IMG/VR virus record: IMGVR_UViG_3300020045_003697
Location: 1-32,550 of that record
Length of the DNA stretch: 32,550 bases
Source of the DNA: a virus
Taxonomy: Duplodnaviria; Caudoviricetes
Direction: 5' to 3' (one strand)
Positions 27,181-32,550 of this stretch are shown here, in pieces (position 1 is the first letter of the stretch; each line of letters opens with the position of its first letter). The notes under the pieces are model-generated. The model was given only the letters and a program-made list of their open reading frames with translations. It searched no databases and was not told where the DNA came from. Both the position numbers and the translations under genes were made by a program.

Positions 27181-27188
27181 CAAATATA
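27181..27188 (-). promoter_or_regulatory. -7 promoter element (TATATTTG) for the putative ncRNA
   Basis: TAnnTTTG with no ORF for about 370 nt downstream. Confidence 0.6.
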
Positions 27189-27231
27189 CAATTAATATTT
27201 TAATTCACCAAATATTGATGAAACAATATAG

Positions 27232-28227
27232 CTAATTAACTTTCTTTACTACAAAGTTTTTATGATTAGATCTATATCCAGATCTAACTCTTTGAAGATA
27301 CATTAATTTTAAATTGTACTCATCAGCAAAGTCTGATAGTAAGTTCCACCTACCAACATAGTCTCCTGTATCATACAGATATATATCTACAGCGTTTTTA
27401 CCAGATTCTCTTAATTTATTTTTTGCTGTAATTGAATTTTCTCTCCACTTAATATTTCTATTATCAGAATTGTTTCTAACTCTAATAGACTCATTATATT
27501 TTTTAGTAAATTTATTTATAATGGCAACTCCAGAGGATATTGCTTTTTTAATTGTAATATCTTCTTTGCGAGTGCCAATCTCCTCTAAATATTTTTCAAT
27601 AGAGTCCACACCATTATCTTTTATTAATATACATCCTTTATATGTGAGCCTATCTCTGTTTTTAATTTTTGCTAAAGTCCCCCTAAGTGTCTTTAGGTTA
27701 ACTCCAAGAAATTTAGCACAATCCTCAATAGACTCTGATTTGTATTTTAATTCAAATGTATTTGAGTCATATAAAAATATACTTCTAACAATTTTGTGTC
27801 TAGCATTTATTCTACCCTTATTAAGATATTCGTTATTTTTATCCCAATCAGATTGTTTCCACTTTAATCTGGATTTCCTTATCGCTATAGAGTGTTTTAC
27901 CCTATCTTCATCTGAAAAAATATGTCCAGAGTTTTCTCCATTAGGAAGCTGTTCGTTAAATCCATTATTATACGAATCATATAAGTCTATATAATATTTT
28001 TCTCTTGAATCAATAATAGATAAATCACACTCCTCTATTATTCCAGTAATAAAATAATCTTCACCATATTTATTCCAACTATTTTGCAGCTCTTTTGAGT
28101 GATGGCAATTATTCCTCAATTTTAAATAATGCTGACGATACCTTGTTGTTATATCAACAGACTTCCCGATGTACATTTTGTTTCTGAAAACATTCTTGAT
28201 GCAATAAATTCCACAAATTCTTTTCAT
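27232..28227 (-). CDS. Free-standing GIY-YIG homing endonuclease with NUMOD-type DNA-binding repeats
   Basis: CGIYCIKN...MYIGKSVDITTRYRQH...REKYYI...NGFN; NUMOD1-like segments ESIEDCAKFLGV and WNLLSDFADEYNL; ATG at 28227. Confidence 0.9.
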   Translation of the reverse strand: MKRICGIYCIKNVFRNKMYIGKSVDITTRYRQHYLKLRNNCHHSKELQNSWNKYGEDYFITGIIEECDLSIIDSREKYYIDLYDSYNNGFNEQLPNGENSGHIFSDEDRVKHSIAIRKSRLKWKQSDWDKNNEYLNKGRINARHKIVRSIFLYDSNTFELKYKSESIEDCAKFLGVNLKTLRGTLAKIKNRDRLTYKGCILIKDNGVDSIEKYLEEIGTRKEDITIKKAISSGVAIINKFTKKYNESIRVRNNSDNRNIKWRENSITAKNKLRESGKNAVDIYLYDTGDYVGRWNLLSDFADEYNLKLMYLQRVRSGYRSNHKNFVVKKVN

Positions 28228-28248
28228 ATAATTATTATTAATAATATA

Positions 28249-28256
28249 CAAAGGTA
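28249..28256 (-). promoter_or_regulatory. -7 promoter element (TACCTTTG) for the GIY-YIG gene
   Basis: TAnnTTTG about 22 nt upstream of the ATG. Confidence 0.6.
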
Positions 28257-28679
28257 CAAAAATTTTTTAGAAAAATAAAATAAAAATGTAGTATTCATGA
28301 GCGTTTCGGATAATACCACATTGATCGCCCCGTCAAGTTATCATTGGGATCATTCCCCGGCCTGATTGTGCAATCACTCTTTTGGCGTCAATGCTCTGCG
28401 ATCTTTCACCTTTACTAACTCTTGGCGTTGATACAGTCTATCGATCTTCGCTTACATTAAGGATAGACCGCTCCCTCTGCATATTGTCTTACGCGACAGT
28501 ATGTAAGATGAGGGATTATTTTGATACAGTGTGCTAGCAGAAATGACTGATCTAATCAGCTTCATCTAAGTGTAAGTCTAGCACCCACTAGTATCACATA
28601 CATAGCTACTACTGGTCGAAACCTCGCATGGATCGCAGTAGTAGTACCATTGAACTCTAACAATCTAAAACATACAATC

Positions 28680-28943
28680 ATGACTAAGTTCAAAGTAACA
28701 GCAGTTCAAGCATCAAAGTCACGCACAGGCGGTTCTAACATCCGTTGTCAAGAGATCGTAATGGACGCATTGTTTGGCCTATGCCAAGGCAGAGAGTTCA
28801 TCATTCAGTCTGAAATCACTCCAGACACTGCAATCATTGGTACTGAAATGGATCGCAATCTTCGCTTTGAAGATGTTAGTTATTCATTCACAAAAGAAGG
28901 CAAGGTTGTTGATGTTAAATACGTCAGAGCAATTCCTTGCTAA
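28680..28943 (+). CDS. Hypothetical early protein (beta-rich, possibly OB-fold-like)
   Basis: ATG at 28680 after an A-rich leader; first plus-strand gene. Confidence 0.7.
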   Translation: MTKFKVTAVQASKSRTGGSNIRCQEIVMDALFGLCQGREFIIQSEITPDTAIIGTEMDRNLRFEDVSYSFTKEGKVVDVKYVRAIPC

Positions 28944-29473
28944 GAATTAAATAGAGCCCTTGAATAACAGGTAGTGCTGATCACCTTGAGGGTTCTATAA
29001 TAATATCACTCATGCAAATGGAGATCCACAGGAATTTGCATGTTTCAGTAGCTATCACGCTATATGCTGGGATAAAATAGTAAAGACTATTCGCAATGCT
29101 GCAAGGCATTATTTAATTTATATATACCAAGGTGCTGTATATAGATATAATATTACAGGTGGACGACTATCCTCAAATGCTATCGGCGACGACCAACACA
29201 AAGCCATTGCAGCAGCCTGTATAACTAAATCAATATATCTAGGGAATACTTGCAATGTTTATAGTAACTCTTATAAGACTCCCTAGTTGTATGCTTCACA
29301 AGTTCGCATCCATCAAGTTCGTCTAAGGATAATTTATAGTAACACTGGTGCAAGCAATACTATATATAGGTGATTTGCTGTATAAATGGTTGCCATCTCA
29401 ACCAGCCAGTGTTACTATATAATAATGTACGCGCGCGTAACAATAATCATGCCAAACTTATAAATAACTAATT

Positions 29474-29692
29474 ATGAAATCAATAGTAAATAATAACACA
29501 CCAACCAAGTCAAGATCATTTCCTAAGTTAATGTACGACCAATCAAAGATTGTATTGTTTGAGCATATTAACAGTGGCGTAGTTGTAGGATTAACTGAAA
29601 ATAGCCTATTCAGAGTTGGAGAGTCTTCAATTAATTTCAATAGTAGTAACTTCAAGGACTTTGAAGGTTCAGTGACGATTAGTAATGATTAG
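29474..29692 (+). CDS. Hypothetical early protein
   Basis: FPKLM...IVLF...GVVV...FEGSVTISND; AT-rich leader. Confidence 0.75.
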   Translation: MKSIVNNNTPTKSRSFPKLMYDQSKIVLFEHINSGVVVGLTENSLFRVGESSINFNSSNFKDFEGSVTISND

Positions 29693-29694
29693 TC

Positions 29695-29760
29695 ATGTGG
29701 GTGGCAATAATAACAATAGCACTAGTGGTAATTCTTGTTGTTATTAACGAGAGTGAGTGA
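29695..29760 (+). CDS. Putative 21 aa membrane micropeptide
   Basis: MWVAIITIALVVILVVINESE, starting 2 nt after the previous stop. Confidence 0.45.
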   Translation: MWVAIITIALVVILVVINESE

Positions 29761-29832
29761 GATGAAGGGACTATCCTCACACCCTATTAATTCCCATTAT
29801 TACAATTAACCTTAATCTTAACACATAAATCT

Positions 29833-30198
29833 ATGGCTAAACTATCTAAATTATCCAAGGGTGACATATTTTTATTTGATGAGAAGTTTGGCGAGTTGCA
29901 TAGATTACACTCAATATCCAAACGTAAAAATGGCAGCTTTGATATATATTTTATTGGAGTAAATTATGTCGGAGATATCTCAACTGCAAAAGCCAATAGT
30001 TTTACATTACGTGATTCTGATATTCAAGTTTACATACCCAGGTTTTATTTATGTGAATTCAAGAAGACTAAGGGTCAGCCATGTATCCCGGTAAGCAATT
30101 GTAGACATTTTCTGCCTAATAATATAAATCAGATTAATGTGTCTGATAAATATTGTTCTCACAATAAATATTGGTATGATTATGCTGATTTACAGTAA
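29833..30198 (+). CDS. Hypothetical early protein
   Basis: 121 aa with a Cys-rich C-terminus. Confidence 0.7.
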   Translation: MAKLSKLSKGDIFLFDEKFGELHRLHSISKRKNGSFDIYFIGVNYVGDISTAKANSFTLRDSDIQVYIPRFYLCEFKKTKGQPCIPVSNCRHFLPNNINQINVSDKYCSHNKYWYDYADLQ

Positions 30199-30215
30199 AT
30201 TAACAAACATATGAT

Positions 30216-30383
30216 ATGGCTAATTTAAACTTAACAGCAACTGATCCCAATAAACTATTAATGATAATAGATGGACATCATTACTATGTTGATCATGTGT
30301 TATTATCCGAATCGTTGATGCGTGATTTTATCATTGCCGTATCCAATGGAGCTCAAATTCCAGTAATAATGCAATCAACTTAA
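30216..30383 (+). CDS. Hypothetical protein (55 aa; not in track)
   Basis: MANLNLTATDPNKLLMIIDGHHYYVDHV... fills the gap and ends 3 nt before the next ATG. Confidence 0.6.
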   Translation: MANLNLTATDPNKLLMIIDGHHYYVDHVLLSESLMRDFIIAVSNGAQIPVIMQST

Positions 30384-30386
30384 ATC

Positions 30387-30686
30387 ATGGGGCAATACGC
30401 TGAAGATATCATAGATCACTATTGCGATTCTCTTGGTGATTATACCGCTGAGTACAATGTGCCAAAACAAGAGTTTAGGCATTACAGATTAACTCCAGCC
30501 GAGCGCAATATTAATGCTGTAAGAAAAGAACTTGCAATATTAATCAAACAACGAATTAAAGATAATACACCTAATGCAGTTGGAGGTGCAAGACAATTAA
30601 TTAACCTTAAGTGTGGCAAGGGCTGGAGAGAGCGTGGATTAGTAGTTAATTCAGATGATCAATGGAAACCATTAAATGAATATTAA
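30387..30686 (+). CDS. Hypothetical early protein
   Basis: 99 aa, MGQYAEDIID... start. Confidence 0.75.
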   Translation: MGQYAEDIIDHYCDSLGDYTAEYNVPKQEFRHYRLTPAERNINAVRKELAILIKQRIKDNTPNAVGGARQLINLKCGKGWRERGLVVNSDDQWKPLNEY

Positions 30687-30858
30687 TATGGATTGGTATA
30701 AAACATTATCTATACATCAAAAGATTAATGCCAAGAATTGCTTTGAGTTAGCTACCGGCATTGAGTTTAGCGCATTATCATTTTTATTCTCATATAGAGA
30801 ACGGATTGACATGCTTTATAATAAGCTATTAATAGAGGGATTTAACGTATGCGTTTAA
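30676..30858 (+). CDS. Hypothetical protein
   Basis: 60 aa ORF overlapping both neighbours. Confidence 0.65.
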   Translation: MNINMDWYKTLSIHQKINAKNCFELATGIEFSALSFLFSYRERIDMLYNKLLIEGFNVCV

Positions 30859-31001
30859 TTAACCTCTCCCTAACCATCTCAACCGTCAACAGCTCTACAA
30901 TTTCCCGTCAACACTATTCTCATGCTAAATTTCATCGCATTAGAGATCGCTATGATTGGATTACGCAATTAATAATATTACAACAACTTAAACATATTTA
31001 G
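30849..31001 (+). CDS. Hypothetical protein (50 aa; not in track)
   Basis: MRLINLSLT...KHI; ends 2 nt before the next ATG. Confidence 0.45.
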   Translation: MRLINLSLTISTVNSSTISRQHYSHAKFHRIRDRYDWITQLIILQQLKHI

Positions 31002-31003
31002 TT

Positions 31004-31258
31004 ATGTCAGAATTAACGAAATCTTGGCTTGACAAGAAAGAAAAGCCATTCGATTCATCAATGCTTAGAGTTGGTGAGATGATGGAAGTATTAGAATTTG
31101 GGCCACATAATGGACAAATACTTTTAAGAGCTTATGGATCATTGATTTCATTGACAGATCCAAATGGTACATGGTCATTTGAGTCATTGCATTTATGTCC
31201 TGCATTTACAGGTCGCAAACTTCAACCAGGTGAATCAATCACCTTAACACAAGAATAA
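31004..31258 (+). CDS. Hypothetical early protein
   Basis: 84 aa ending RKLQPGESITLTQE. Confidence 0.75.
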   Translation: MSELTKSWLDKKEKPFDSSMLRVGEMMEVLEFGPHNGQILLRAYGSLISLTDPNGTWSFESLHLCPAFTGRKLQPGESITLTQE

Positions 31259-31259
31259 C

Positions 31260-31346
31260 ATGAGATGTCCAATATGTGGAAGTCACTATTATTTCTTTGA
31301 TGGCAAATGTGTTCCTCACATAGAATGTGTAGTGTGGGTATGCTAA
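31260..31346 (+). CDS. Putative 28 aa Cys-rich peptide
   Basis: MRCPICGSHYYFFDGKCVPHIECVVWVC, starting 1 nt after the previous stop. Confidence 0.45.
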   Translation: MRCPICGSHYYFFDGKCVPHIECVVWVC

Positions 31347-31362
31347 ACGATAACATTAGTCT

Positions 31363-31458
31363 ATGAAAACAATACTAAAATACACGTGTGCAATTGTTGT
31401 CGGCGCTCTTATTCTAACAGCAGGAGTAATCTTTGCTGATTGGTTCATGCCACTTTAG
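31363..31458 (+). CDS. Putative 31 aa membrane peptide
   Basis: MKTILKYTCAIVVGALILTAGVIFADWFMPL. Confidence 0.5.
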   Translation: MKTILKYTCAIVVGALILTAGVIFADWFMPL

Positions 31459-31763
31459 TGAATCTCGTAGGAGTGATTCCGATAACACACAAATAATGCA
31501 GCCAGCTATCTTTAATGAAAGTTATGGATCTTAAGCTGGTTGTATTTATTAAAACATTATGCTATCAGTATTTGAGTAAGAAACACTTTACTACCTATCT
31601 TAGAAGATTAGAGCATTGATGTCTGATAGCATAACAACATTTACCGGTAATACAAGAGCCTCAAGGACTGGTACTATATGTGGCTGAAAAATGCTGTTGT
31701 AGTGGCAATCAAGCCAGTCTTGTCAATTAAACTTAATTAAATAACAATATGAAAATCTAATTT

Positions 31764-31916
31764 ATGTCCGTTAAATTTCACACAATTGTATGCTTATCAG
31801 ATAAGACTGCAATAGAGTATGATACATTTGCCACATCGAAATCACAGGCAAATAAGAGTGTGTTGGCCTTCTTTGGCTACCGAAGTGTTCAAGCAATCAA
31901 ATCACAGCGAGTATGA
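31764..31916 (+). CDS. Hypothetical protein (50 aa; not in track)
   Basis: MSVKFHTIVCLSDK...; ATGA overlap with the next ORF. Confidence 0.55.
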   Translation: MSVKFHTIVCLSDKTAIEYDTFATSKSQANKSVLAFFGYRSVQAIKSQRV

Positions 31917-32065
31917 AAACTAAAATCAGATTAGCTTTGATTATTGGCGTATTTATGTCTATATGTATGGCTATTCTGATTTATCATCAAGCTTATGTGT
32001 CTGTATTGGCAGAATTGATAGTGCTTGGAGTTTTCTTAACTTTCATATATAAGACTAAATCATGA
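31913..32065 (+). CDS. Small two-TM membrane protein (50 aa; not in track)
   Basis: MKTKIRLALIIGVFMSICMAILIY...; ATGA overlaps on both sides. Confidence 0.6.
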   Translation: MKTKIRLALIIGVFMSICMAILIYHQAYVSVLAELIVLGVFLTFIYKTKS

Positions 32066-32292
32066 CAATAATTATTTTCATATTAATATATGTAATTGGA
32101 TTCATCCTTGCATATGGACGCGCTAGATCATCTTATGATGAATTTATATACTACAATTCACTGAAAATTAAGTCTTATGTAATGATATATTTAATTTCAT
32201 TATTTTCTTGGCTTGGATTTATTGCTGGATTTGTTGTATATTTTACATCAAGGGAATGTTTTGAATTGAAATTCTTTAAATTTAAACTATGA
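32062..32292 (+). CDS. Small two-TM membrane protein
   Basis: 76 aa, hydrophobic, with an SLFSWLG motif. Confidence 0.7.
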   Translation: MTIIIFILIYVIGFILAYGRARSSYDEFIYYNSLKIKSYVMIYLISLFSWLGFIAGFVVYFTSRECFELKFFKFKL

Positions 32293-32465
32293 CAGCATTC
32301 ATCATTTCGTTAATATGGCTTCTATTGGGAGCCTTTAATCTTTATAAAATATATCAGTCTTCGCAAGGTGCTGATATATTAGAGACATTATTTGCAATCA
32401 TTAGTGGGCCATTATACACATTTATGGCCTTGGTTGTAATATTCATTATTAAACCTTGGAATTGA
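32289..32465 (+). CDS. Small two-TM membrane protein (58 aa; not in track)
   Basis: MTAFIISLIWLLLGAFNLY...ISGPLYTF...; ATGA overlap. Confidence 0.6.
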   Translation: MTAFIISLIWLLLGAFNLYKIYQSSQGADILETLFAIISGPLYTFMALVVIFIIKPWN

Positions 32466-32504
32466 GTTAAAGTTTTAAACAAAAACAATTAATAAATAAA
32501 CAAA

Positions 32505-32550
32505 ATGTTAAAAGCAAAATTAAGTAATTACTACCGCAAAGCTGGTGGTT
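32505..32550 (+). CDS. Partial CDS (runs off the right edge)
   Basis: MLKAKLSNYYRKAGG after an A-rich leader. Confidence 0.5.
   Translation, partial: MLKAKLSNYYRKAGG

Noticed and set aside
2570-27994. Plus-strand ORFs opposite the late genes (e.g. 2570, 2789, 3937, 6100, 7136, 10830, 14287, 23095, 24512, 27470)
   Set aside because: Antisense shadows of well-supported minus-strand genes, with no recognisable motifs.
29458-29655. 65 aa minus-strand ORF
   Set aside because: Antisense to the better-supported plus-strand gene 29474-29692.
31641-31725. Twister or hammerhead ribozyme call
   Set aside because: Only partial resemblance (CTGG...AAGCCAG); the full conserved core and pseudoknots could not be assigned by eye.
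28300-31750. CRISPR array or tRNA cluster in the early non-coding DNA
   Set aside because: No identical spaced repeats and no cloverleaf with a T-loop.
1-32550. Stop-codon reassignment (TAG to Gln or TGA to Trp), as in some Crassvirales
   Set aside because: Long genes are intact in code 11, TAG and TGA end tightly packed genes, and the only tRNA is Phe rather than a suppressor.

Overview
This window is a segment of a crAss-like (Crassvirales, Bacteroidota-infecting) phage genome that reads in the standard code 11. On the minus strand, from about 28.2 kb leftwards, it carries a free-standing GIY-YIG endonuclease, a probable large structured ncRNA, tRNA-Phe and small conserved crAss-type genes (Zn-finger, wHTH-like, IHF/HU-like, GroES-like). 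These are followed by the terminase large subunit and the portal. A ~14.5 kb block of fibre/adhesin-like genes plus a lysis cassette (holin, u-spanin, GH24 endolysin) then separates the portal from the scaffold-like gene and the major capsid protein (MCP). The MCP is split by a group I intron (563-1507) encoding a NUMOD4-HNH endonuclease, and it runs off the left edge. From about 28.3 kb the plus strand is a low-density early-type region of tiny ORFs separated by many long-stemmed RNA hairpins. Most notable: four fibre/adhesin/depolymerase-like proteins carry N-terminal Sec-type signal peptides and lie just upstream of the lysis genes; a pseudoknotted ~370 nt ncRNA has its own promoter; and the early region holds hairpin arrays. 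All family assignments come from motif recognition by eye, not from database searches.
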